Shown one piece after another: positions 1-13,411 of a stretch of 64,000 nt of DNA (positions within the stretch are counted from its first letter, which is position 1; each line of letters opens with the position of its first letter). The stretch is from Eledone cirrhosa. Lineage: Eukaryota. The stretch lies in assembly GCA_964016885.1 (NCBI GenBank), contig CAXHJY010000601.1, forward strand, positions 1-64,000, written 5' to 3'. The notes beneath the pieces were generated by a model that did no database searches, was not told where the DNA came from, and saw only the letters and a list, made by a program, of their open reading frames with translations. The position numbers were made by a program, and so were the translations under genes.

Positions 1-296
1 AGGAGTGAGGAGGAGGAGGAAAATGAGGTGAACTCAACCAAAAACAATAGACATAACAATAACAATGATAATAATCACCATTATCATTATCATTATCATC
101 ACCATCATCATCATTTATACTTTGAACTCTCCATGCTGGCATGGGTTGGGCAGGACTTTTTGAGGCAATGCTTTATTATGCCCTTTCTGACACTAACCCA
201 TTTAGTATACAGCATACCTATTCTACATAATTATAATAACAAATAATTAGGATGGTAATAATAATGATACAGATGATGAGATGGATGATGATAATT

Positions 297-330
<34 letters not shown>

Positions 331-428
331 CGATGACGATGATGATGACGATGATGTTAAGTTGACTGTGTATATTTATATTAATAGTTATTGTTGTTGT
401 CATTATTGATGTTATTTTTGTTGTTTAA

Positions 429-580
429 CCCTTTAGCATTTTTATCTCACATAATGTCGAATCTATGAGATTTTGATTTTATTTCTTTTGAGAACAACAC
501 CTTAACATCAGTATGGTCAGTTTGAACAAAAAGAGGCAAGAGAATTCTGGCCGGATACAGCCGGTTTAAATGCTAAAGGA
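429..580. mobile_element. piggyBac-like MITE
   Basis: TIRs CCCTTTAGCATTT / AAATGCTAAAGGA, TTAA on both sides (425-428, 581-584); internal sequence matches the copy at 6296-6503. Confidence 0.8.
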
Positions 581-1171
581 TTAACAGCCTAGGACAGTAT
601 TTCAGGAGCAGGTATCTGATGGAGTAGGGGCTGGATAGCCAGTGTAATATCTAGGATCAGTGTTTGATATTGTCGCAAATCAGCAGGGCTGTTAGGTCCT
701 TGCAGTATTTGTTCCATTTCTTTGTATTCAAATCTTGTTGAGGTCAACTTTTTCATTCATCTTTCTAAGGGCAGTAAAATAATGTACCAGTCAAATACTG
801 GAACCAATCTAATTGACTGCTCCCTTCCACTACATTTCTGAACTTGTCCCGATGTAAGAAATTGTTGTTATTGTTGCTATATCTGCTGATGTCTCAACTA
901 TTGTTTTACTGTTATTTCTGTTGTTGTTGTTGTTGTTACTGCTACTGCTTTGTAAAATGTATCAGGTAGAGGAAAATGAGGACCTAAATATGCTAAAATA
1001 TCTGTTATCATTTGATGCTCATAATGATGTTGCTTAGCTCCAGATCAATCCTGATCAAGGGGACATTTAATCAAAAGCACCCTAGCCATGAGCATTTGTC
1101 TTTTTATTTTTGGTGAGGGAATATGTTGAGATATATTATCTAATTTTTTATCTTCCTTTGAAATGATTTAA

Positions 1172-1408
1172 CCCTTTCATTACAATATTTCTAATGAAAG
1201 ATACTGCCTGTTATTTCCATATTATTTCAAATCTACGGTAATCAAATATTTTGAAATATTTAGTAATAAAACTAACTTCTCTCTATTTATCTGCTGTTTG
1301 AAACAAATTAACAAAGGTTTTTACATAAAAGTATGATGGAAGGTTTTAAAACAGACAGTTTTGTATTATAGAACAAGATGTAGCTTCAGGCTGTTTCATA
1401 TAAAACAT
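1172..1408. mobile_element. degenerate TTAA-flanked MITE (second family)
   Basis: TTAA-CCCTTTCATTAC left end; internal similarity to 16647-16849; right end decayed. Confidence 0.45.
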
Positions 1409-2054
1409 TTTAAGGGAGCATTTGTTAACCTTTTTAGCATTGTTTTGTGAAAAAGGTTACAAACTTTTTCTGGTTTCTTTCATATATTCTCAAATCATCT
1501 ATTGAAATAAATGCTCTTTTGTGAACTGTATTCAATGAGTTAGAAAACAAGATTTTGATATTTCATATGTAAATCAGCAATCTGGGTGATGTAAGAAATA
1601 TTTCACATTATTTTTGAGGAAGCCAATAATTTATTTGCATACTACATACTGTACATTTTTGAAGATATATCAGACATTTCAAAAATGATATTAATAAGGT
1701 ATAATACATTTAGAAAAGAAACAACAGATTCAAAATTAGTTAGAAGGAAAAAAAGAGAAGAGACATGGGTACATATTTACCCCTTATAAAACGAAATTTT
1801 GAAACAAGACAAGACACAATGTTGCATATGATAGCAAGGCTAAGGCTCAGAAATAGTCAAGTACTCTCATGACTATCACCTGATACTTCAGTAAGGCAAG
1901 TCCTTAACAATGACAAAAAAACCTCATTGGCAGCAGCCAAAAAGGTGATAGGTGTCACACACCCCAATCAATCTCTCATCATTGTTTTAGCAAATTTGTA
2001 TCTACTTTCCTGTTTCTTGAGTATACACTATTTCATCTGCATTAATGTATAATT

Positions 2055-2143
2055 TATAATACAACCATACACTACTACCCCAAGTATCAAGTATTCTGTT
2101 GAATAATAGTCTAACCAGTTTCAAACTGATTCCATCCTGATTT
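2055..2143 (+). mobile_element. 3' tail of PLE-derived non-coding element
   Basis: CTACTACCCCAAGTATCAAGTATT...CTAACCAGTTT...ATCCTGATT matches 54300-54382 (+) and 12541-12630 (-); ends at a (TA)n tract. Confidence 0.6.
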
Positions 2144-2212
2144 GTATATATATATATATATATATGATGCCACAGAATGGCCTCTGTCCAACAGCTGCAA
2201 CCAGTAAAATAA

Positions 2213-2267
<55 letters not shown>

Positions 2268-2899
2268 TGTGTGTGTGTTTGTGTACACATAAATATATAC
2301 ATGCATATATATATGCATATGTATACAAGCATATACATAAGCTTATACATAGGCATATGCATATGTATATGTATACACTATTCTAAGATTTATAGGCATA
2401 TACATAGGCATATATACATATACATATGTATACACTATTCTTACATGCATACACATACATACTCACACACACACATATATGTATAAAGGTATCATAGCTA
2501 GGGTTTCTCATTATTATTCTTATCATAAATCAGATAATCACATTTTATTTTTAATTTATTCTAAAACTAAAAAACACAAAGCATAAATGAAAGAAAGGGA
2601 AAACAGTGAGAAAAATACCATACATGTATTTTTTTTTTCTATTTCCTAAACCTTTAAAAATCCTCAATGATAGTAAATCACATAACTGTTTTTATGTTTG
2701 TAGCCATGCTATTGCCTAGTATAATATTTTTACACCTATTTATTTGACTGGTTGATTTACTTTTTTACAAGTATGTAATCATTTCCATACAATTGCTTTA
2801 AACAAATTCAATATCAACATTTTTTTCTTTCAATAAAGAGGAATCTCATTGTTAATTCTCCCTTGTAAAGTCTATGCTAAATATCTGGCAAAGAGATGT

Positions 2900-3900
2900 T
2901 GTAATATTACTGAGTCCAAGCTACCTGACAAACAATATGATTTTTGCCCCAGAGGCAGCACAGTTGACCAAACATTCACTTTGCAGCAGATTTTTGAGGA
3001 ATCGTAAGAGTATTGCCAAGTGGTATATGCTTCTGTCATGGACCTCAAAAAGGCATATAACTTTAATTGATGGGACTTGTGGAAGTTTCCGTAAAAGTAT
3101 GGGATCAATGGATAGCTTTTTGTTGCCTTGAAGTCCGTATATAAAAGCCCAGGTATTTGTGTTTGGATAAATGGAACTAAGTCATCATTATCATCATCAT
3201 TATCATCACAGACATTCGATGTGGGTATCAGAGTCTGCCAAGGATGTGTATTGTTACTTCTTTTCATAATCTTCATGGACAGGATTGACTTGTGCAACCG
3301 GGTTGGAAGTGATATCGAAACAGGTGGGTTACGATCAGTTGGCTATTTGCAGATGACCATGTTCTACTTAGCTCATTGAAAGATGATGATCAACAAACTG
3401 CTACCATTTATTGCATGACAAGAATGAAAATCAGTGCTGCAAAGACTGAGACACTTGAACTCTCAAGGAAGCCTGCACAGTGAGCTCTGCATGTGAGTAG
3501 AGTTACATTGAAACAGGTGGAGATGTTCAATTTTCTTGAGTCATTTTCATGAGTGATGGAAGGTAGAAGGCTGAATTAAATGCAAGAATTGCTGAAGCTG
3601 GAGCAATAAGGTGCTGCTTTCAGCAGTCAGTCATCAAAAGAAGAGAAGTGAGTGTAAACCAAAAGCTTACTATCTACAATTTGATGTTTTTTAACAACTT
3701 CACCTATGGTCATAAATCTTGGGCAATAGGACAGTGAACACAAGCAGTTGAAATGGGGTTCCTCTGAAGGAGTTTTGCATTAATGTTACTCAATAGGTGA
3801 ATAGCACAGAGATCAGGGAGTCACCCCATGTAGAACTGCTACTTCTCCACATCATGAGATCACAGTTCTGGATCTACAAACATGTTGTTAGAATTTTATA
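2900..3900 (+). pseudogene. decayed RTE-clade LINE reverse transcriptase fragment
   Basis: Frameshifted remnants of RT motifs: QTFTLQQIFE, MDLKKAYN (DLxKAYD), GIRVCQGCVL, LFADD, LKQVEMF; many stops and indels. Confidence 0.8.
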
Positions 3901-3975
3901 AACAAGCCAAATGAATTCATACTTATTAGAGCATTGGATGAAATTCCTTGCGTTTCTTAGTTACTGATATCAACT

Positions 3976-4077
3976 TTCTTCTTCTTCTTCTTCTTCTTCT
4001 TCTTCTTCTTCTTCTTCTTCTTCTTCTTCTTCTTCTTCTTCTTCTTCTTCTTCTTCTTCTTCTTCTTCTTCTTCTTC
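3976..4077. repeat. (CTT)n microsatellite
   Basis: Pure trinucleotide run. Confidence 0.98.
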
Positions 4078-4799
4078 ATATATGTTGGTCTCAAGTTGTT
4101 GTCATTTGCCTGATCAAGATCAGAGATCAGTGATCAGATTCCAGAGTTCATTGCCAGGAGGTTGACAAACTTGAGCCCTAAATTTCTTTTCTTCCTTCTA
4201 AAGTCGATAAAATAAAATACCAGTAAAATTTGTGGCCTTGTACATATGTAAGAAATTGTTATTATGTAATAAAAATTAAAAAAACTTCCTAAAAACGTTA
4301 TAATTTTTTTAATACTTTCAAAATGATGAAGTTAAAAACTTCTTTACGATACGAAGTTATCTTTAAAAAATTATTCCAATGCAAAAATACATAATCAGTG
4401 TCATATAAAAATATATAAGTTTATAGAAAATTCATTCTTTTAAAATAAAGTATTTCCTTGTAGTATAATCAATGATAGGGGAGACACAAAATTCGATGAT
4501 TAAATGATAGTCCTTCAATCCCAAAATAACAAATTCCTATATCTTCTCCCAGATGTTACCTGTTCATGTATGTATCTATTGTTCTTGTTAAGTCTTGTAA
4601 GCTTAAAAGCTGAATTTGCAAGCTGCTGTGGTGTTGAAAGCATTTTAATCAAGTTTCCAGTTTGAAGATACTTCCTCGATCCCACAAGTCTTGGGGACAA
4701 TAAAAAACATGGTCACTGCCCTTCATTCATTGAATGAACAGTACCACATACACACATATATATATAAACAGAGAGAGAGAGAGAGAATAATTTTGATTA

Positions 4800-5735
4800 T
4801 GGAAACAATGTTTGGAAACAAAAGGTCTGAGAGTAAACTTAGCCAAAACTAAAGTGCTTATGAGTAGGAAAGAAGATAGGACCCTGATTCCTTCAGGGAA
4901 GTGGCCCTCTCAATATGTAGAAAAGGAGTAGGCATAAACTCCATATGATGTACACAATGTAAATCTTGGGCACACAAGAGCTGTAGTTCAATAATGAGTA
5001 GACTAACGAGAAGGGAGGACTTTGAATGTAGAAGATGCACAGGAGAAATCAAGGGGAAGAGTACCAGTGTTATAAACCTTTTCCACTCACAAGAAAGGTC
5101 CATAGAAGTGGCTGATAACTTCTGAGATCTATGTGACTTAATTAGCAGCGGAGGAGGATGTGTTAAGAGTATAATAGCTAGAATAAGGATAGGATAGAAG
5201 AGGTTTAGAGAGCTACTCCCATTGTTGACAACAAAAGGTTTTTCCCTGTGTACAAAAGGACATCTGTATGATGTATGTGTGTGAAGTGTAATGCTGCATG
5301 GTAAGGAAACATGAGCTGTCACTGCAGAGGATATGTGTAAACTGGAGAGAAATGAAGCAACCATGCTTTGTTGGATGCGCAATGTAAGTGTGAAAAAAAG
5401 GCAGAGCTTTGATGAGTTGAGGGAGAAGCTGGGTTTAAGAGAAACCTGAGGTGGTGTGCAGGAGAGAAGACTGCATTGGTATGGACATGTGATGCACATA
5501 GACAATGGCCAATGGGAGAAGAAATGCCAGGAAATCCCAGTAGAAATGAAGCCACAGTAGAAGTAGACCATAAAAGACTTGGGCAGAGGTTGTCAGAGCT
5601 GACCACAAATTGCTAAGACTTGCAGAACAGATGACAAAGAAATGCAATGAGTGGAGAGATGCTGTGCTGAGAAAGACTTCTCCAACCCATGCAAGCTTCG
5701 AAAAAACAACATAAAACGATAATCATGATGATATT
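4800..5735 (+). mobile_element. RTE-type LINE, 3' fragment
   Basis: Remnant peptides ICRKGVG, CTQCKSWAHK, KRFRELLPLLTTKGFSL, LERNEATMLCWMRNV, RRLHWYGHVM; ends in a CCAACCCATGCAAGC...GATGA tail. Confidence 0.85.
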
Positions 5736-5770
5736 TATATTTGTGTGTGTGTAGAGAGAGAGAAAGGAGG

Positions 5771-5810
<40 letters not shown>

Positions 5811-6057
5811 GATGGCTAGATAAATAGATAAATAGATAAATAGATAGATAGATCTGTATGTGATGCTGATGGGTGTGAGAATGAGTTCGCAATATTGAAG
5901 TAGAGTTTAATAAGTCTTTATTATGGTGACATGATGAGTTTTGATACTCTGGAGTTTCACCTGTGTGTTCACAGGATCATAAAACAAGACTTTTATTTGG
6001 TAAACTTTTGCAGCTACACCTACAAGGGAATAAACTAACGACTTGACTAATGTCTAA

Positions 6058-6291
6058 CCTTTTTCTTAACAGCCCATCCACCCAGCACCAGCTCTTTACC
6101 TATGAAACATATTCCCCCATTTTAAAGACTTTTTATTTAAATCAAAATCTTCTAACATAATTTTATATATATGAATCATATGTCTTAGTAATAAAATAAT
6201 TTATAATTTTAATAAATCCCTCAAAATTCTTCATTAATTGATTGAAATGTATTGAAATGTGTATTTCATTAGAATTATGATCATAAAAGGG
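6058..6291. mobile_element. TTAA-flanked MITE (second family)
   Basis: Left end CTAA-CCTTTTTC, right end ATAAAAGGG-TTAA; shares TTAA 6292-6295 with the next MITE. Confidence 0.55.
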
Positions 6292-6295
6292 TTAA

Positions 6296-6503
6296 CCCTT
6301 TAGCATTTGCATTACTCTATATTTACTATTATATTTTCACAGTAAAGGCTTTACCTCACATAATATTGAATCTATGAGATTTTGGTATTATTTATTTTGA
6401 GAACAATACCTTAACATCAGTATGAGTGACCGGTTACAGTCAGTTTGAACAGAAAGAGGTGAGAGAATTTTGGCCAGATACAACTGATTTAAATGCTAAA
6501 GGG
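6296..6503. mobile_element. piggyBac-like MITE
   Basis: TTAA-CCCTTTAGCATTT ... AAATGCTAAAGGG; longer version of 429-580. Confidence 0.8.
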
Positions 6504-6566
6504 TTGTAGTTTGTTTTCTCTTTTCTGAGTGCTGTACATTTATTAACAATATTTAACCATCTAAGC

Positions 6567-6875
6567 CAGGCTCATACATTATCCTACATGCTCTAGTTAT
6601 TTTGATGAAAATAAAAATAAACTATGTTTCATTCTTGATCCATAGGATTTGTGTTCTTAACATTAAAACACACAAGAAATCTCATGAGATCCAACCTTGT
6701 AAGAGACAAGCTAAACTTATTCAGATTCATACATTATTCTACATGCTCCAGTTAACCTGACTGATATAAAAATGAACAAGCCTCATTCCTAATCTATAGG
6801 ACAGTGGTCATTATCGTTAAAATACCAGAAGAAATCTATGTGATTCAAGATCATGGGAGGCAAGCTAAATCTATG
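6567..6875. repeat. diverged tandem duplication, unit about 155 bp
   Basis: TCATACATTATYCTACATGCTCYAGTTA and CAAGCTAAA each recur about 155 bp apart. Confidence 0.7.
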
Positions 6876-7695
6876 CAGGTATGAGAGGTAACAACAACAA
6901 ACAAGAATATGATTCGTGGTTGATAGTAAAGAAACCTACATTCTCTAACAATTAACCCACATTGACTGGAAACAAATAATATAAAATTGGAAAAAATATG
7001 AATATTATAGATATTTAACAAACCTCATTAATTTTGTCACAAGTTTAGCCCATGAATTGTGTGGAATGTTGGAACATCAGATTTAACTCTTTCATTATCA
7101 TATTTATAATTGAATGTATTACCTATGGTTTGGAATTATTTTTTAAGATAATAAAAAAAAATGAGATATTTAGTAATATAACTAAATTTAATGTTATTAA
7201 GTTGGTATAACTTACAAATTTATAATGTAAGGTTTAAATTTGAACATAAATATTTAAAAAATAATTATTTTTAGAATGTTTCTATTTATTATTATATCAT
7301 GAATGCCAATGAAAGAATCATGATGGGTAGAGAAAAGGTGGAGATTAATAGGGTATGTATCTTAGATTTATACTTAAAAAAATGCATTAGTGAGTGGGTG
7401 GTGCAGAGAAATAGTTTCAACTTTGAATCTCAGAAATTCACATGAAAAATAAGTGAAATGCCTGTTTCACATGACAAAAACAGTGAAACACTTGTTTCAA
7501 CCCATCCCTTTCATTGCTCAACAGGTATTAAAACAACACCAATGTTGATGAATACATTGACGGTGATGATGATGATCATCAATCATGATGAGGATCATCG
7601 ATCATGATGAGGATGATGAGAACTTACACCTCTCTCTTTTGCTCTCTCTATCTCAATGAACATTCATCTCAAACAAATTGTAATTGGTAAACATT

Positions 7696-7786
<91 letters not shown>

Positions 7787-7788
<2 letters not shown>

Positions 7789-7938
7789 TTCAAGGAGACA
7801 ACAAACAAAGGTACAAAAAGTCTTAATAGTTTCATGCTTTATATGAAAAAGGGGAAAGAAAGTTCAACATGTCATGTGTTAGCCCTTCTTCAGGAGTACA
7901 AAATTAGAGATAGGATCAGGAACGAAATACAGAAAAGA

Positions 7939-7940
<2 letters not shown>
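7787..7940 (-). mobile_element. PLE-derived non-coding element (family B) with variant HHR core
   Basis: Homologous to 12190-12300 and 53328-53492; minus strand reads CTGAAGA-AGGGC...GACATGTT; (TA)n on both sides. Confidence 0.7.
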
Positions 7941-7989
<49 letters not shown>

Positions 7990-7993
<4 letters not shown>

Positions 7994-8182
7994 AAAATGT
8001 TTGACCCCAACAGCAGAGCTCAAGCCATTTCGACGGCTATTTCTGAACTCAGAAATAGCCGTCGAAATGGCTTGGGCTCTGTCATCGAGGTCAAACATTT
8101 TCCTATTACCCACTCTACTACCCTAAGTATTGAGTACTCTGGTGCGTTATGGTCCATCTGGTTCCTCACCACTCTTCCTTTG

Positions 8183-8185
<3 letters not shown>
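7990..8185 (+). mobile_element. fold-back element (family A): 116-bp palindrome plus tail
   Basis: 7990-8046 is the near-perfect reverse complement of 8049-8105; tail to 8185; homologous to 53091-53300; embedded in (TA)n. Confidence 0.85.
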
Positions 8186-8237
<52 letters not shown>

Positions 8238-8627
8238 AATAGATAAATAGAGAGATCGATAGATAGATAAATATGTGTGTGTGTGTATGTGTGCATGTGT
8301 GTGTGTGTCAGTGTGTACATATTTCAAACATAGAAGTACAGAACAAATAGATAAAATATGTAAATTACTACTGCCATAGCTTAGACACATATACACCGAC
8401 ATGAACTCACTCACTCATGCATACTCACACATTCATACACACACACAAACAAATCTTCAGAGATGCATTCACATACATGCATACACATACACAAACATAC
8501 ACTGATGGAACACATTTTGAATGTTTAGTCTTTTCAGTTTTCTGTTTTTCAAATACTAATCTCAAACTTAAATTTTTAAATGATGCATTATCATCATCAT
8601 CATTATCATCATTATTATTATTATTAT

Positions 8628-8862
8628 TGAGTTCAAATCCCGTCGAGGTTAACTTTGCTTTTCAGCCATACAGGGTCGATAAAATAAAGTACCAGTAATG
8701 CACTGGGTAATTGCTGGCCTTGTGCCTAAAGTAGAAACAATTATTATTATTATTATTATTATTTAGGTTGACTTTGCCTTTCATCCTTACGGGGTCGATA
8801 AAATAAAGTACCAGTAATACACTGGATAATTGCTGGCCTTGTGCCTAAAGTAGAAACAATTA
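8628..8862 (+). mobile_element. two tandem 5'-truncated SINE copies
   Basis: GAGTTCAAATCCC...GTCGATAAAATAAAGTACCAGT...GTAGAAACAA followed by (TTA)n; 3' part repeated. Confidence 0.85.
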
Positions 8863-9150
8863 TTATTATTATAATAATTCATTTTGAATACATGTAAAAC
8901 AATATCTCTGCATTTATGAATCTAACTATTATTTAACATTTTGTTTAAGCACTTAAGCATTTCCTTTAAATATTTTAATATTTTACATATAATTCTGTTT
9001 TCTAATTTTATTGGACTTTTTTAAATATTTTTTTATTTTATTTTTTTTTTTTTGTTAAACATTGTTAAAAATGTGTTAATATATTTTTCAACTAATATGA
9101 AATTTCTTTATAAGACCACATGTCCCAATGATTATATTTATTTCATTATT

Positions 9151-9205
<55 letters not shown>

Positions 9206-9389
9206 TATTTATTTCATTTCATATATTTTTGGTTAGATTCAAAATGGATTAAAGTTGATACGTTATATTAGATTGGCATCAGTTTGGATATCATTTCATA
9301 TTGTTTCACATTGTTTCATTTTTGTCTAAATATGGTTATATTAATCTACATGTCTTTTAAGTATAACCATATAGAAATAAGTAAAGGTG

Positions 9390-9670
9390 TAAAGCATAGT
9401 GTTTAGGGTGTTTGGTTCATGATCTTAAGGTTGCGGATTCAATTCCCAGAATGGGTGAGATACTGTGTGCTCGAAGAAGACATTTCATTTTACATTTCTC
9501 CAGTTCCTTCAACTGAAAATGCGTACCTGGGATAGCTGTTATCCCTATGATAGACAGGTACCCCATCCAGCATGAGTTTTTGAATCTGAGGTGATTAAAG
9601 CCCATCAATCTAGTATAAGCTCTGGGCTCTGTCAAGCTCATGCAAACATGGAAAAATTGACATGACATAA
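9390..9670 (+). mobile_element. tRNA-derived SINE (second family)
   Basis: tRNA-like head with B-box-like GGATTCAATTCC, decayed GTGTCCTTGAGCAAG-type core, RTE-like tail; similar to 37590 and 48857. Confidence 0.6.
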
Positions 9671-9780
9671 AGTAATGGCTCTAACTCTAACTTATACATA
9701 AAGAACAGATAAATATTAACTGAATGAGCACTCAATAATATAACAAAGTAAAGTATTTATTTTATAAGGAAAAAGTTGTT

Positions 9781-9826
9781 AGAGACTTTGAAGTTTCACA
9801 GGTGGAGTCAACTTCATCAGACAGCC
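9781..9826 (-). ncRNA. degenerate hammerhead ribozyme motif
   Basis: Minus strand CTGATGA-AGTTG ACTC CACCT-GT-GAAA-CTTCAAAG-TC; stem III ACTT/AAGT and GUC site present; stem I decayed. Confidence 0.5.
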
Positions 9827-11044
9827 AGTTATATTGATTATATATTGCTAAGATGGATATATATAGATATGATAATTGACTTAATTGTCATGTATGTATA
9901 TTATCATGTGGAAACATATTGGTTTTGCAATTTAAGTATCATCGGTGGTGATTTAGCAGAGTTGCTAGAGCACAGAAAAAAACACCACTCTAAGTTCAAA
10001 TCCCACCAAGGTCAATTTTGGCTTTCATACTTTCAGAGCATAAGATGAGATGCCTATATTTTCTAAGTTCATTCTTGCTGTTGTCTACTTAGTAGATTTA
10101 ATCTATTGCTTGGTTTAGCATCACCACTTGGCCCTTGGATGTCTTTAGCATTGTCTATTTTGTTGTAGCATTTGGACTAAGTCTTTGGTTTGAGAATGCC
10201 TCTCCTTCCAACAGTCTTGGAATCTGAGAAGGATTAGTGTCTCTGACTAAACAGTATATGATATGGCAAATATGCAGAAGAGTTAGAGCATCAAATCAAA
10301 ATGCCTTTTGGTAAGCTTAATTGTTCACACAATTTAACATCACCTTCAGACCATTGCACACCTTTAACTGAGTCCACTCATTTGCAGGCATTCAGGCAAA
10401 AATCTGTGTTCCAAGGACATTTTCCTTCCTCCCACCAGTCTCAGAGGTTATGAAAAAGGGTCATGAGCACTACTTGACCTAGCATTAAAAAGAAAGATAT
10501 TACATGGAATATAAGCCCATGCGAATTGTTTGAAATATGTATATCTCTTTAACAGTAAAGGTATATTAAATAATATATGTGGGGAAGGGGCAGTAGATTA
10601 TTGGTAAGTTATTTTGCTGATGGCTGTTTCTTATTGTTGTTATTGCTACCCCATGGAGAGGGGATGGGCTCTGCCAGGTTTTAAAACATGCCCTAGAAAC
10701 ACCATATATCAAGACAGTGTCCCTACGATTCCCTCGGGAGTTGCGGGTTGAAGATGTTTGCTACCCTGACTGAGCTAACATATAGTTAAACTGTTCCTGT
10801 TGTGATTATACTATCTTTATTTTATATTGATTTTGATTCTTTCATTTTTGAAACATAGTATAGTATATTATGTAAAACATTATGAGATGAATCTGGGTTT
10901 CTTTAAGATGTCAGTGTGTCAATTGAGGGATATTTGGCTGGTATTTCTAAAAGGCCAAATAATGATTTAGAGAAATCCCAATTTGTTTGTTTCAATCATA
11001 AAACTGTGAGTATAGTCTGAACTGAGTGAAGTTTCTTCATTTGT

Positions 11045-11460
11045 TTCCACTCACCATATTTCGAATGAGTGACTCTAAACAACAACCCTGAGCACCTGTT
11101 TGAATTCTCTGTGTGTAACACCTGTGAACTTGCTTACAAAACCAGAAAACAGTACAGCTCCCATGACTTTCGGAAATATTTTTTCACACTCAGAGTTGCT
11201 GAAGCATGGAACGAACTACCTGCATTGACTACTAGCTATCGGTACAATGCATTCTTCAAAATGTTTATGCTTCCCGAAATTCTCCAACACTACACCTGAT
11301 ATTCTGCCTCCATACGCACGCATGCATGTATCTGTGTATATCATGATACATACACTGTTCACTTTCCTGGCATTTGTACATTATGCTATGTACTATACAT
11401 ATCTTTGATGAATTGTAGTGCAGCTGAGCACTGTACACAATAATGTTCATTATTATCATT
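11045..11460 (+). mobile_element. CR1-like LINE 3' end
   Basis: ORF2 C-terminal signature AYKTRKQ...RKYFFTLRVAEAWNELP, then 3' UTR and (ATT)n tail. Confidence 0.8.
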
Positions 11461-12189
11461 ATTATTATTATTATAAATAAACTAATAGAAATGCACTGAC
11501 CCTATTTATGAATCAAAATAAGGAAAGTAATTAAGAATCAATCTTTTCATCAAGTTATCTCCCTTGCGAAAGAAATGAAGACACCCAATAAAAAAAAAAA
11601 AATTTAATAAAAAACAAAAATATATTAGGTTTATCTGAGATGAATTATTCAAAGAAATATTGTTTGCAAAAACATTTCTATTATCATTTCTCTTTATTCA
11701 AATATTATTTATTTACTTTATCAGGCAATTTCTTTCAAATATACTATGAATTAAATTACTTATTAAATCATTAAGCTTGGATTGATAAAAATATATTCAA
11801 GTGTGTAGTGTAGGCAAATGAATCATTCTGAACTTGCTTATTTTCTTATTCAATTTTCTTGTAGTTTCTCTTTCATATAGGTGCTTACATAGTTTATCTA
11901 TATCCCTGCATAGTTCATTAATGTCCCATTTATTTACCTATGTTCCCAGTTAAAACATATGCATACAGGCTTTGTTTCTTTATTTTATAAATAGATATTT
12001 TCAATTTAATGTTAAGTTTTATCCAACAATACATATGTTTTTTTTTTATATACATCAAGAAAAAATGTGTTTTTTAAAATGTGATTCTTCTCAAACAAAA
12101 TTATATTTTAGTTGCCAATATATAGCTACTTTTTTTAAAGGAATGGGTTTGAAAGGGTTATTAAGAATATTTTATAAATATATATATAT

Positions 12190-12300
12190 AGTGCAAGGGT
12201 ACAATAAACAGAGGTAGAAAAAGTCTTATTAGTTTCACACTTTATATTGGAAAGAGGAAAGAAAGTTATATGTGTTGGGCTTAAGCCTTTCTTCAGGAAT
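12190..12300 (-). mobile_element. PLE-derived element family B
   Basis: Homologous to 7787-7940 and 53328-53492. Confidence 0.6.
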
Positions 12301-12509
12301 ATATATCATCATCATATATATATGCTAAAATAGCAACCGAAGGCAAATTCTTTTTCTGTCTTATAAGTGCATTCACCTTATTTTATAAGCTATCTTTATA
12401 GCATTTCTGTGCTTGAGCACTTTCTTTATACTTATATATATATACATATATTCTCAATGCTTCAAAAAAAAATATATATATATATATCCAAACCCATGCT
12501 AGCGTGGAA

Positions 12510-12540
<31 letters not shown>

Positions 12541-12542
<2 letters not shown>

Positions 12543-12665
12543 CAGGATAGAAGCAGTTTGAAATTAATTAGACCATTACTCAACAGAGTACTTGATACTT
12601 GGGGTAGTAGAGTACGGTTATATCATAAAGAGTTGAAACCTGACGGCTGAGCTCCTGCCATTTTA
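12541..12665 (-). mobile_element. family A-related PLE-derived tail
   Basis: Reverse complement reads GAGCTCAGCCGTCAGG...CTACTACCCCAAGTATCAAGTAC, matching 54267-54382. Confidence 0.65.
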
Positions 12666-12701
12666 AAAATTAGCTCCAGGCTCTCTCTCTCACTCTACAT
12701 T

Positions 12702-12754
<53 letters not shown>

Positions 12755-13379
12755 TGTGTGTTTACATATATATATATAGTAGACATATAGTAAAGTGAAG
12801 ATGATAATAATCTATAGTTGGGGTTACTATGAGTCTATGATATATCATCAATCATTTCTAGCATGAAATTAGACAATTTATGGTTGAAGAGGGATCAGAG
12901 CGGTTATTAAGGATATAATCATATATACAGTGAAAATGGGGCTATTAATGATATATAATGTTGTGTGTGTAACAGGGGGAAAGTGTTGCTTTTGGCAAAA
13001 TATTAGCCAATTTTTGGTGAGGATGAGGTTGAAGGGCTTATTAGAGATGCATAATATAGTAATCACTCATTTATCCCATATTTTTATTTGGTCTTTCATT
13101 TTTTTTATTTGCCTATTTTTTTAATGAAATTTCTAAATTAGAATAATAAGTAGTAAAAATAAACAAACAAATAAACAAAAACGAAAAAAAACTTAAAAGA
13201 GAAAAAATATTATTAGCATATCATTATTAACATCATTATTATTATCATTGTTGTTATAGTAAACATGAATATTTAAATTAGCAAAGTTCATTATTTCTGT
13301 CTTTCATGTTTGCAAGTGTAGAGGAAATATAAAAAAAAATTAAAAGATGTCTCCTTCAAAGATGAAATCAATCAAGATG

Positions 13380-13411
<32 letters not shown>

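Noticed and set aside
4858-5571. 237-aa minus-strand ORF
   Set aside because: Antisense shadow of the plus-strand RTE fragment.
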